DNA of 64,000 nucleotides, taken from contig JABDEC010000004.1 in NCBI GenBank assembly GCA_013287265.1, positions 1,403 to 65,402 of the forward strand. The letters run 5' to 3'. A model generated the notes under the pieces. It saw only the letters and a program-made list of their open reading frames with translations. It was not told where the DNA came from and ran no database searches. This document shows positions 43,723 to 52,770 of this stretch, in pieces (the stretch's first letter is position 1; the number at the start of each line of letters is the position of its first letter). The DNA is from Candidatus Babelota bacterium (lineage in GTDB: Bacteria > Babelota > Babeliae > Babelales > JABDEC01). The translations under genes and the position numbers were made by a program.

Positions 43723-44253
43723 ATGAAAAAGTTATTAGTTCTCGCACTTCTTTGTTCTTCGTTAATAAAAGCTGATTGGACATCATGGGAAAGAATGGCT
43801 TTACTTGGTGGTTGTTGTGCAACAATGACTGAAGCTTGCCACGTCTGTCCAAAAAGGGATGCAACAAAAGAAGAAAGCCCAATGGATTACGTCAGAAATT
43901 GTGTCAGAAAATGCCCTGAAGCTCTTGCTAAAGGTGCAACATTGACTGCATGTGAAATGCTGGCTAATTCTGTTGCAGGTTGTAATGGCGCAGGATGTTC
44001 AAAAATGGATGTTATGAAAACACTTTGTTTTAACACCTGTTTACATTATTGTGCTTCAAAAATGAGCTTAAGAACAGACATTCCTGTAATCAGAAATATG
44101 GTTGATAGCAACCCAACAGCTATGATGTATGCTTGTAAGCCATTATGTATGATGATGATCAATAAAATGATGTCAAGAATGCCTTCAATGTCGGGTTCTT
44201 GCCCGTCAGCTGCTTGTGCTACTCCTGCAGTTGCAGCACCTGCTTCTAAGTAA
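43723..44253 (+). CDS. Secreted Cys/Met-rich protein
   Basis: GAGG RBS, signal peptide, about 17 Cys and 18 Met in 176 aa; TTGACA at 43623 upstream. Confidence 0.75.
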   Translation: MKKLLVLALLCSSLIKADWTSWERMALLGGCCATMTEACHVCPKRDATKEESPMDYVRNCVRKCPEALAKGATLTACEMLANSVAGCNGAGCSKMDVMKTLCFNTCLHYCASKMSLRTDIPVIRNMVDSNPTAMMYACKPLCMMMINKMMSRMPSMSGSCPSAACATPAVAAPASK

Positions 44254-44272
44254 TTTCGAATTTATAGCTTAT

Positions 44273-44311
44273 GGAGTCCTGAACGAATGTTTAGGGCTCC
44301 TATCTGTTTTT
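44273..44311 (+). terminator. Terminator hairpin
   Basis: GGAGTCCTGAAC-GAAT-GTTTAGGGCTCC followed by a T-rich tail. Confidence 0.6.
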
Positions 44312-44410
44312 TAAGGTATTTTTTCATAATTCTAGACAATTTTTACTAATAAGATAAAATATAAAAGTAATAGTTAAAAATCTCATAAAATCAACTTAGG
44401 ATGATTTTAA

Positions 44411-44743
44411 ATGGAAAATAATATTCAGACATTTGATAAATATGCCATATTCAAAACCGGTGGTAAGCAATACCAGGCAATTGAAGGAAAAACTTTAGCA
44501 ATTGAAAAAATTGAAGGTGAAACCGGAGCTCCTATTGAATTCAAAGAAGTCTTATTGCGTAAGACTGGACAGGGAAATATTGAAATTGGCCAGCCGTTTC
44601 TTAAATCATCAATTAAAGCTTCAATTGTTAAACAGATGCAAGGTCCTAAATTAATTGTTTTCAAATTTAAACGTAGAAAAAAATCCAGAGTTAAAAAAGG
44701 ACATCGTCAGCAAATGACAGTTATTAGAATTGAATCTATTTAG
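44411..44743 (+). CDS. rplU: 50S ribosomal protein L21
   Basis: YAIFKTGGKQY, VFKFKRRKK, GHRQQMT. Confidence 0.95.
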   Translation: MENNIQTFDKYAIFKTGGKQYQAIEGKTLAIEKIEGETGAPIEFKEVLLRKTGQGNIEIGQPFLKSSIKASIVKQMQGPKLIVFKFKRRKKSRVKKGHRQQMTVIRIESI

Positions 44744-44820
44744 CTGATTTTTCAAAAAAATTAAATTATTTTTCAATTTATCAATAGCTGATGATAAATT
44801 GACGATACACTTTACCATAT

Positions 44821-46641
44821 ATGAGTTATACAGGATCAGGACTTAAAGATGTAATTAAGTCTCTTGGAATTGTATTTGGAGATATTGGTACTAGTCCTAT
44901 CTACACACTTTCTGCTATTTTTGCATTACTGCCTGTTACTATTTCAAACGTAATGGGAATTTTGTCATTAATTATCTGGACATTAACTTTACTTGTTTCG
45001 CTTCAATATGCATGGCTCGCTATGAGTCTTGGATCTCACGGAGATGGCGAAGGCGGAACATTAGTATTAAAAAGAATGTTAATTCCATTAATAAAATCTA
45101 AAAAAGTTAATTTATTTTTTACAGCATTAGCCTTTTTAGGAATTTCTTTTTTTATAGGTGATGGCACAATTACACCGGCGATTAGCATTTTGAGCGCCGT
45201 TGAGGGTTTGAAATTAATACCATTTTTGCATGGTTTAAGTCAGAATGTAATTATTGCAGTAGCAATTTTAATAACCTTTTTACTTTTTTTTGTGCAAAAA
45301 AGAGGTGTTGAAAAAATTTCTTTAGCCTTTGGTCCGGTTATGTTAATTTGGTTTTCCTTTTTAACTGTTTCCGGTCTTTTATTTGTTATAAAATATCCTT
45401 ATATTTTTACTTGTATGAATCCTTGTTATGCAATTTGTTTTCTAAAATCTAACGGTTTTATTGGTATTCTTTTACTTTCTAAAGTAATTTTATGCGCAAC
45501 TGGGGCTGAGGCACTCTATGCAGATATGGGACATCTTGGAAGAAAACCAATTATTAATGCTTGGATTATTGTATTTATTGCAATGTGCTTTATTTACTTA
45601 GGACAAGGCGTTTTTTTACTAGAAAATCCCTCAGCTCAAAATGTTTTTTATGAAATGGCATTTAATCAATTTTCAGTATTTTATATCCCGATTTTAATTT
45701 TAAGCGTAACGGCCACTGCAATTGCTTCACAAGCAATGATTAGTGGATTATTTTCTGTAATTTATCAAGGGATTACGACAAATATTTTTCCAAGATTATA
45801 CGTTGAATATACTTCGCAAAAAATGGCGTCGCAGATTTATATTCCATCAGTTAATTGGTTTTTGCTGATTTTTGTTATTTTAACAATGGTAAATTTCCAA
45901 ACTTCGCAAAATCTAGCAAATGCATATGGTTTAGCTGTTAGCACCTCCATGACAATTACATCAATTTTATTAGCTACCGTATTTATTTTAAAAAGAAATC
46001 TTTTAAAAATTTTAATTTCAACTTTTCTGGTTTTTGTTAACTTTTTATTTTTATTTTCAAATATGTTCAAAATCTCGTCCGGAGGTTATTGGTCATTAAT
46101 AACGGCATCTATTCCATTATTTTTTATTATTATTTACACTTTAGGTCAGAAAAAATTGTATCGTTCATTGCGACAAATGCCGCTTGATTTATTTGTTGAA
46201 AAATTTGAAATATTATCTCCAAAGATTCCGCACATAAATGGAACTGCAGTTTTTCTTTCTAAAACGATTGATCCAATGCCAGCATATATGACCCACACTA
46301 TTTTTACTAATAATATTTTATATGAAGATAATATTGTTGTTACAGTGGAAACACAAAAAACACCATTTGGTGTTACTGCAATATTTAAAAAAGATTTAGC
46401 AGAAGGGTTAAGAGTTTTTGAAATTAAAGCAGGTTATCTGGAAATTTTAAATTTAGAAAAAATATTTAATGCTGCTGATATTCATCCAAAAGTTATCTTT
46501 TATGGACTGGAAGATATTTCAACGAGAAATTTATTCTGGTACATTTACATGCTTATCAAAAAACTGACTTCTTCCTTTGTTCAATTTTATAAATTACCTG
46601 CCAATAAGCTACATGGTGTGGTAGTTAGGGTTGAACTATAA
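44821..46641 (+). CDS. kup: KUP/HAK/KT potassium transporter
   Basis: LGIVFGDIGTSPIY, GEGGT, GDGTITPAISILSAVEG, TGAEALYADMGH, QIYIP, LANAYGLAV. Confidence 0.95.
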   Translation: MSYTGSGLKDVIKSLGIVFGDIGTSPIYTLSAIFALLPVTISNVMGILSLIIWTLTLLVSLQYAWLAMSLGSHGDGEGGTLVLKRMLIPLIKSKKVNLFFTALAFLGISFFIGDGTITPAISILSAVEGLKLIPFLHGLSQNVIIAVAILITFLLFFVQKRGVEKISLAFGPVMLIWFSFLTVSGLLFVIKYPYIFTCMNPCYAICFLKSNGFIGILLLSKVILCATGAEALYADMGHLGRKPIINAWIIVFIAMCFIYLGQGVFLLENPSAQNVFYEMAFNQFSVFYIPILILSVTATAIASQAMISGLFSVIYQGITTNIFPRLYVEYTSQKMASQIYIPSVNWFLLIFVILTMVNFQTSQNLANAYGLAVSTSMTITSILLATVFILKRNLLKILISTFLVFVNFLFLFSNMFKISSGGYWSLITASIPLFFIIIYTLGQKKLYRSLRQMPLDLFVEKFEILSPKIPHINGTAVFLSKTIDPMPAYMTHTIFTNNILYEDNIVVTVETQKTPFGVTAIFKKDLAEGLRVFEIKAGYLEILNLEKIFNAADIHPKVIFYGLEDISTRNLFWYIYMLIKKLTSSFVQFYKLPANKLHGVVVRVEL

Positions 46642-46736
46642 CAAACCTGATATTACTAATTGTAAATAAATTCCTTGCATTTTATCAAATAATTGTATTA
46701 TAATTAAAGTATAATATTTTTAAATGTGAGGTTTTC

Positions 46737-47267
46737 ATGAATAAGCTTTATTTAATTTTGTTTTACTTTATAATTCCTAATTTTTCTTTCCCGACTGATT
46801 TTAAATCTTCTGAATTAAATGTTAGAAATGATGAAGTTTGTTCAACTTTAATGAATTCTATTCTTAGCGATAATAAAGAAAAAATTAAAGAGATACTTTC
46901 AAAAAATAAAATGTTTGCAAATTGTGAACTAAGTTCAACCGCTCCAGGATTAGGACATGAAATTACAAAAAGACCTTTAACTTTTGCTGCAAGATTAGGA
47001 AGAGCAGAAGTTATGAAATCATTGATAGAGGCGGGTGCTGAAATTGATTTTATTGATAATGGAAAAACTGCTTTACTTTTTGCAATAGATAATTTTAAGC
47101 CAGAAATAGTTGAAATTCTGATTAAAAATAAAGCTAATAAAAAAATTAAATATGACGATTTTGATAGCGCCTTTGATTATGCAAAAAATTGGCTGGATTT
47201 AGCAAGAAATTTTCCTGGATTGTTGGACAATAAAAAGATTTTAAAAATTGTAAAATTGTTAAAGTAG
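46737..47267 (+). CDS. Secreted ankyrin-repeat protein
   Basis: RPLTFAARLG, GKTALLFA, SAFDYA. Confidence 0.8.
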   Translation: MNKLYLILFYFIIPNFSFPTDFKSSELNVRNDEVCSTLMNSILSDNKEKIKEILSKNKMFANCELSSTAPGLGHEITKRPLTFAARLGRAEVMKSLIEAGAEIDFIDNGKTALLFAIDNFKPEIVEILIKNKANKKIKYDDFDSAFDYAKNWLDLARNFPGLLDNKKILKIVKLLK

Positions 47268-47287
47268 AATAGCAAATTTAATGGATT

Positions 47288-47845
47288 TTATAATTCTTGT
47301 TCATAATCAAATGCAATATTAGCCAAAGAAACAGGCAAATTACAAGTTCTTTGCACTAGACATTTTCTTTCTATTTCAATTGCATCATTTAGTGCATCAA
47401 TTACCGGCATTGGTTCACCAGCGTGTATTTTTGGAAATAATGCAGAATTTGAATGAAAAATTGGATGAAAGTAGTTTATGCAAAATGGAATTCCATTAAG
47501 AATTAATAATCTATAAAATTTTATTAGAAATTCATAAGGCTTATTGCTTAAATCTTTAAATTCTAACATCAAATATGTGTCAAAATATTTTTTATAACCT
47601 TTGTTATCAATAAAATTTGCTAAATCTTCTATTGATGCACAGTTTTTTATCATATGATTTATTAACGAGTTTATGATCTCTCTATTTTTTCCAATACTTC
47701 TAGTTTCTAAAGTTCTTTCGAATTTTTCTATTAAAACCGAATTTTCTATTTTTTCTGCCAATTTAACAAGATTTTCTTCCATTGCAAAAGAATTACCTAA
47801 ATTAAGAGCGAAAATTGTAAGTAAAAAATATCGTAAAAATTGCAT
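47288..47845 (-). CDS. Secreted hypothetical protein with C-terminal F-box-like motif
   Basis: Start at 47845 (MQFLRYFLLTIFALNLGNSFAMEE) matches the leader of the upstream gene; ends LPVSLANIAFDYEQEL. Confidence 0.7.
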   Translation of the reverse strand: MQFLRYFLLTIFALNLGNSFAMEENLVKLAEKIENSVLIEKFERTLETRSIGKNREIINSLINHMIKNCASIEDLANFIDNKGYKKYFDTYLMLEFKDLSNKPYEFLIKFYRLLILNGIPFCINYFHPIFHSNSALFPKIHAGEPMPVIDALNDAIEIERKCLVQRTCNLPVSLANIAFDYEQEL

Positions 47846-47865
47846 TTTATAATCTTCATTTAAAA

Positions 47866-49272
47866 TTAAGAAATTATACAAGAACTATCTGGATTACCCA
47901 AAGTTTCTGAAACTTCTGCACATGAATTTGCCTGAACGCGTTTAATTAAAAGTTGAGCTGCATCTTCATAACCGAATAATCTAGCAATATCAATTGCATT
48001 TCTACCCATCTGATCTCTTCTATTAAAAATAATTTCATGTGGATCAATTTCTTCTAATGCATTAATTTTTCCTTTAGCCGCTAGCCACATTAATTTTGTC
48101 CAACCTAAAGTTGCATCTTGACCATCAAAAAATTGTAAATCCGCATCTTTAATATATGGCAATATTGCATTTGCACGCTTAATATTTCCCGCCAAATATG
48201 CATTTTTAAAATCGTCGATAAAATTTAATGGCATTTGTAGATAATTCATAATCGCGGGATACTGTTTTAATCGTTGAATATAGTCATAATTTCCAAATAA
48301 TTTAGCGAGATCAATAGCATTTCTTCCTTGTTCGTCTTTTTGAAGTAAAAGATTTTGATCTTTTAACGCATTCAAAATGTAATCTGCTTTTCTTCCGGTT
48401 GCAAATGACCACATTAAAATATTCCATCCCAATAATTCATCTTTAATAGTAAAATCTACTGATTCAAATGGATTACCACGAAATCTTCGTTGAAAGTGAC
48501 TAGCCAAAAGTTTCCTTGCAATGTTTTTTTCCAAAATAATTTGAAGTACATCTGGTCGTAAATTTTTCAAAATTTTATTTGCAGAATCAATATCGCCTTT
48601 TAAATAAAAATGTTTAAAATCTAAAAGAATTTGCGGGATTCTAGAATCTTCAAATCCATTGATAATGTTACTTAGTGGAGGATTAAGACTTCCAATTTCG
48701 TACAATAAGCATCGGATTTGATTAAATCTTTGTTCTTTATTTTTTTTTAATTCAGCATTAATAAATGCATCATAAAGGGGTGCAGGGTAACCCATTGAAG
48801 AACGATAATTTATTTTTCCATTTTTAAATTCAAGAAAACCTCTGTATCCCTCTTCAAGAAGAATTTGAAAATTAAAATCATTGAGCATTAATAATTTAAA
48901 AAATTCTTCTAAAAAATTATTATCTTTTTGGTTTAAAATGGCTGGATCAAGGTTTAAAATTTTATTTTTAAAAAATTCTTTATTTGCCTGAATGAATGTT
49001 AATATTTCTTCAGGCTTGCAACCTTTTTTTAATAATAAACCTACAATATTTTGTATTAGCTCTTTTATTGCTTGATGATCTTTATTTTCAGCTTTTAAGG
49101 TCTCTAAATATTGAGATAAAGATTTAATTTCTGCATCTAAAGTTTCGATATATCTTGAAAAAATGGAATCTTCTTGCCAATTTTGAGCAGCAACTTTTGC
49201 TTCTTCCATTGCAAAAGAATTGCCTAAATTCAGAGCGAAAATTGTAATAAAAATATATTTTAAAAACTTCAT
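47866..49272 (-). CDS. Secreted ankyrin-repeat protein with CaaX box (CIIS)
   Basis: Leader MKFLKYIFITIFALNLGNSFAMEE; two GWxxLMW...DxxGRNAIDxAxLFG modules; ends SSCIIS*. Confidence 0.78.
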   Translation of the reverse strand: MKFLKYIFITIFALNLGNSFAMEEAKVAAQNWQEDSIFSRYIETLDAEIKSLSQYLETLKAENKDHQAIKELIQNIVGLLLKKGCKPEEILTFIQANKEFFKNKILNLDPAILNQKDNNFLEEFFKLLMLNDFNFQILLEEGYRGFLEFKNGKINYRSSMGYPAPLYDAFINAELKKNKEQRFNQIRCLLYEIGSLNPPLSNIINGFEDSRIPQILLDFKHFYLKGDIDSANKILKNLRPDVLQIILEKNIARKLLASHFQRRFRGNPFESVDFTIKDELLGWNILMWSFATGRKADYILNALKDQNLLLQKDEQGRNAIDLAKLFGNYDYIQRLKQYPAIMNYLQMPLNFIDDFKNAYLAGNIKRANAILPYIKDADLQFFDGQDATLGWTKLMWLAAKGKINALEEIDPHEIIFNRRDQMGRNAIDIARLFGYEDAAQLLIKRVQANSCAEVSETLGNPDSSCIIS

Positions 49273-49405
49273 TTATAACCTTCATTTAATGACTTTTTAT
49301 ACATAAAATTAATTATATCATAAGAGTAAAAATTGTCAAATAGAAAATATATCATGTTTAGAATAAGATATAAATTTACAAAAATAGGGTAAATTATCCA
49401 TAAAA

Positions 49406-49450
49406 CCGCTTGAAGGACTTATCCCTCGACTAACGCTCGGGACGAACGGG
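49406..49450. repeat. REP-like palindrome related to the REPIN unit
   Basis: TCCCTCGA-CTAACGC-TCGGGA-CGAACGGG has the same CTCGA...CTCG(G/A)GA core. Confidence 0.5.
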
Positions 49451-49467
49451 ATAAAATTATACTTGGT

Positions 49468-49667
49468 ATCTCTCGATATAATTTTTCTACGAAAAATCAC
49501 TCGATATGATTAGATTAATTTAATCTTTTTGTCCTAATATCAAGTTATTGGTGCAAATGGATTTTCAATTTAAAGAGAATCAGCTAAAGTTGATATATTA
49601 ATTTTAAAGTGCACATTAATTTCTAATCATCTCGAGTGTTTTGCGAAAGCAAAATGTATCGAGAGAT
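49468..49667. repeat. REPIN/MITE-like element, copy 2
   Basis: ATCTCTCGATATAATTTTTCTACGAAAAATCACTCGATATGATT and the inverse unit AATCATCTCGAGTGTTTTGCGAAAGCAAAATGTATCGAGAGAT. Confidence 0.8.
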
Positions 49668-49669
49668 CC

Positions 49670-50977
49670 CTATTTCAAAACTTTCTTTATATACTCTTCA
49701 ATTGCATCAATTGAAATTCGTTCCTGTTGCGTGGTATCCCTATTTCGCACTGTAACCTTATCATCCTGAAGACTGTCAAAATCATACGTAAAGCATAAAG
49801 GCGTACCAATTTCATCTTGCCTTCTGTAGCGTTTACCTATTGAACCTGATTCATCAAATTCAACACTATAACCCTTTGCTTTAATTTCTTTATAAATTGT
49901 CTCCATTGGCTCATTAAGCTTTTTAACCAATGGAAAAAAAGCAGCTTTAATTGGTGCTATTTTTGGACTTAATTTTAAAACTATACGCTCTTCACCTTCA
50001 ACAATATCTTCATTATAAGCATCAAATAATAATGTTAAAAATAATCTATCAACACCAACTGAGCATTCCACAACATGCGGAATATAAGATTGTTTAGTTT
50101 CTTCATCAAAAACCGCTAAATCTTTGCCTGAAAACTTACTATGTTGTGATAAATCAAAATCGCCTCTGTATGCGATACCTTCAATTTCTTTCCAGCCAAA
50201 TGGAAATTCGTATTCAACATCACTCGTGCATTTTGAATAATGCGCAAGTTCAGTTTTATCATGTGCTCTGAAACGTATTTTATTTTGATTTAAGCTCAAT
50301 GATTCATAAAATTTTTTTCTTGCATCACACCATTTTTTAAAATCATCAAGAGCAGTTTCGGGTTTGCAGAACCATTCAATTTCCATTTGCTCAAATTCAC
50401 GTGTTCTGAATAAAAATTGTTTTGGTGTAATTTCATTTCTAAACGCTTTTCCAATTTGTGAAATTCCAAATGGAATTTTTACTCGATAAGTCGATAATAC
50501 ATTTTTAAAGTTTATAAAAATTGATTGTGCAGTTTCCGGTCGTAAATATGCAACCGAAGAATCATCTTCCATTGCACCGAGTTGTGTTTTAAACATTAAA
50601 TTAAATTGTCTTGCCTGTGTCCATTTTTTCTGACCGCAATTAGGGCATGCTTTGTTTAAATCAATTTCATCAGCTCTAAATCTGTGTTTACAGTTTAAAC
50701 AATCAACCATTGGGTCTGTAAAATTTTCAACATGACCGGATGCTTGCCAGACTGCTGAAGAACCTAAAATTGAACCTTCAAATGAAAGAATATCGTCAAA
50801 TGAAGTATTGATAGATTTTGTCCATTCATTGCGGATGTTATTTTTCATTAACACGCCTAGGTGCCCAAAATCATAAACACCATTTAATCCGCCATAAATT
50901 GAAGCGGATTGAAATACAAAACCGCGACGCTTGCACAGCGCATGAATTTTATCTAATGTAACTTGTGTCATATTCAT
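49670..50977 (-). CDS. glyQS: Glycine--tRNA ligase (alpha2 homodimeric type)
   Basis: KRRGFVF, FNLMFKT, YLRPETAQ, GKAFRNEITP, FRTREFEQME, GSIGKRYRRQDEIGTP. Confidence 0.96.
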   Translation of the reverse strand: MNMTQVTLDKIHALCKRRGFVFQSASIYGGLNGVYDFGHLGVLMKNNIRNEWTKSINTSFDDILSFEGSILGSSAVWQASGHVENFTDPMVDCLNCKHRFRADEIDLNKACPNCGQKKWTQARQFNLMFKTQLGAMEDDSSVAYLRPETAQSIFINFKNVLSTYRVKIPFGISQIGKAFRNEITPKQFLFRTREFEQMEIEWFCKPETALDDFKKWCDARKKFYESLSLNQNKIRFRAHDKTELAHYSKCTSDVEYEFPFGWKEIEGIAYRGDFDLSQHSKFSGKDLAVFDEETKQSYIPHVVECSVGVDRLFLTLLFDAYNEDIVEGEERIVLKLSPKIAPIKAAFFPLVKKLNEPMETIYKEIKAKGYSVEFDESGSIGKRYRRQDEIGTPLCFTYDFDSLQDDKVTVRNRDTTQQERISIDAIEEYIKKVLK

Positions 50978-51099
50978 ATCCGAAAATAAATTATTATATA
51001 ATTTTAATTTAATTCACAATTTTTATCAAATTGGTCTTTTTTTATTTGTTTAGTTATAATCAAATCAAATAATTATCCAGATAAAAAAGGGCATGTCTA

Positions 51100-52770
51100 A
51101 TGCAAAATAAAATCAAAACAGATAAAGTTGCAGTCATAAGTTTTTTATTTTTTAGTATTATAATTATCATTTTATATAAATTTCATAATGAACATTTACA
51201 ATTAAAGGCAGAAATTCAACAATTTTGTACTCATGATGGTACTTGTCCGACAAAAGAAGTTGTTGAAAAAATTGTAACAAAAAATGACCCATGGCTCGCA
51301 GTTCAGCCCAAGGTTAAAGATACTGTTGTGCAAGTATTTGCACATGTTGGTGAATTTAACTGGTTGGAACCTTACAAATCACCAAATCAATCTGAAGGTC
51401 GTGGTTCTGGGTTTTTAATTAATGAAAATGGTGACATAATTACAAACGCGCATGTGGTTGATCAGGCAAAGGCTGTAAGCATTCAAATTCCATCATTAGG
51501 CAAAGAACAATTTGAAGTTGAAATTTTAGGTGTAAGCTTTGATCGTGACATTGCGCTTTTAAGATTGAAGAAAGTAGAAATTGAATCAATCAAATCTGTT
51601 TTAGGCAAGATTCCTTATATCAAACTTGGAAATTCGGATCATATTTGTCGCGCAAATGAAGTGATGGTTCTTGGTTATCCTTTAGGCCAGCAATCTATTA
51701 AAAGCACGCGTGGAATTGTAAGTGGACGTGAAAGTATAATGAGCAGACAATTAATTCAAATTGATGCTGCAATAAATCCGGGAAATTCAGGTGGTCCTGC
51801 AATTAATTTAAATGGTGAAGTTATTGGTATTGCAACTGCCAATGTTCCAAGCGCGCAAAATGTTGGTTATATAATTCCGGTTAATGAATTAAAAATTGCC
51901 CGTGATGATTTATATAATGCAAAAAATAAATTATTGAGAAGACCATTTTTAGGAATTTTTTATAATTCGGCAAGCGCTGCACTTACAAATTATTTAAAAA
52001 ACCCGCAACCGGGCGGATGCTATGTTACAGCCGTTTATCAAGGTAGTTTATTAGACCAAGTTGGAATTAAAGCAAAAGATATGATCTATGAAATCAATGG
52101 CCAAACTGTTGATATTTATGGTGAAATCTCAGCAAATTGGTGTGAAGATAAAATTTCATTGGTTGATTATGTTTCATTCATTCCATTAAACAAAGAAGTT
52201 AATATTGTTGTTTATCGTTCAGGTGAAAAAAAAGAATTTAAATTTAAATTTGTTCAATCAAAATTACCGGAAATTCGTGTAATGTATCCTGATTATGAAA
52301 AAATTGATTATGAAGTAATTGGCGGTTTAGTCGTTATGCAATTGGCAAGAAATCATTTGCCATATTTAATTCAGGCAGCTCCGGAACTTATTAAATATGA
52401 AGAACCAAAAAATCAGATCGAACCTGTTTTAATAGTTACACATGTTCTTCCTGATTCACAGGCGCAACGTTCACGTGTAATTGCTCCAGGTACAAGATTA
52501 AAAGAAGTTAATAGTATTGAAGTTAAAACATTAGATGAATTTAGAAACGCGGTTAAAGAAAGTTTGAATACTGGATATTTAACAATAAAAACTGCAAGTG
52601 AAATATTTACTGTGTTTCCATTTAAGCGTGTACTTGAAGATGAATTGAGATTGCCAAAAATTTATAGATATCCTGTTTCTCATTTGGTTGAAGAATTAAT
52701 GAAAAAATTTATTGAAAAAAATGAAAATAAAAAAGCGCCTAGACCAGAAACTCCAGGAGCTGTTGCCTGA
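51100..52770 (+). CDS. DegP/HtrA-like trypsin serine protease with PDZ domains and an N-terminal membrane anchor
   Basis: GSGF, TNAHVV, DIALL, DAAINPGNSGGP. Confidence 0.9.
   Translation: MQNKIKTDKVAVISFLFFSIIIIILYKFHNEHLQLKAEIQQFCTHDGTCPTKEVVEKIVTKNDPWLAVQPKVKDTVVQVFAHVGEFNWLEPYKSPNQSEGRGSGFLINENGDIITNAHVVDQAKAVSIQIPSLGKEQFEVEILGVSFDRDIALLRLKKVEIESIKSVLGKIPYIKLGNSDHICRANEVMVLGYPLGQQSIKSTRGIVSGRESIMSRQLIQIDAAINPGNSGGPAINLNGEVIGIATANVPSAQNVGYIIPVNELKIARDDLYNAKNKLLRRPFLGIFYNSASAALTNYLKNPQPGGCYVTAVYQGSLLDQVGIKAKDMIYEINGQTVDIYGEISANWCEDKISLVDYVSFIPLNKEVNIVVYRSGEKKEFKFKFVQSKLPEIRVMYPDYEKIDYEVIGGLVVMQLARNHLPYLIQAAPELIKYEEPKNQIEPVLIVTHVLPDSQAQRSRVIAPGTRLKEVNSIEVKTLDEFRNAVKESLNTGYLTIKTASEIFTVFPFKRVLEDELRLPKIYRYPVSHLVEELMKKFIEKNENKKAPRPETPGAVA

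Noticed and set aside
43723-44253. Multiheme cytochrome or RiPP precursor
   Set aside because: No CxxCH motif and no adjacent modification enzymes.
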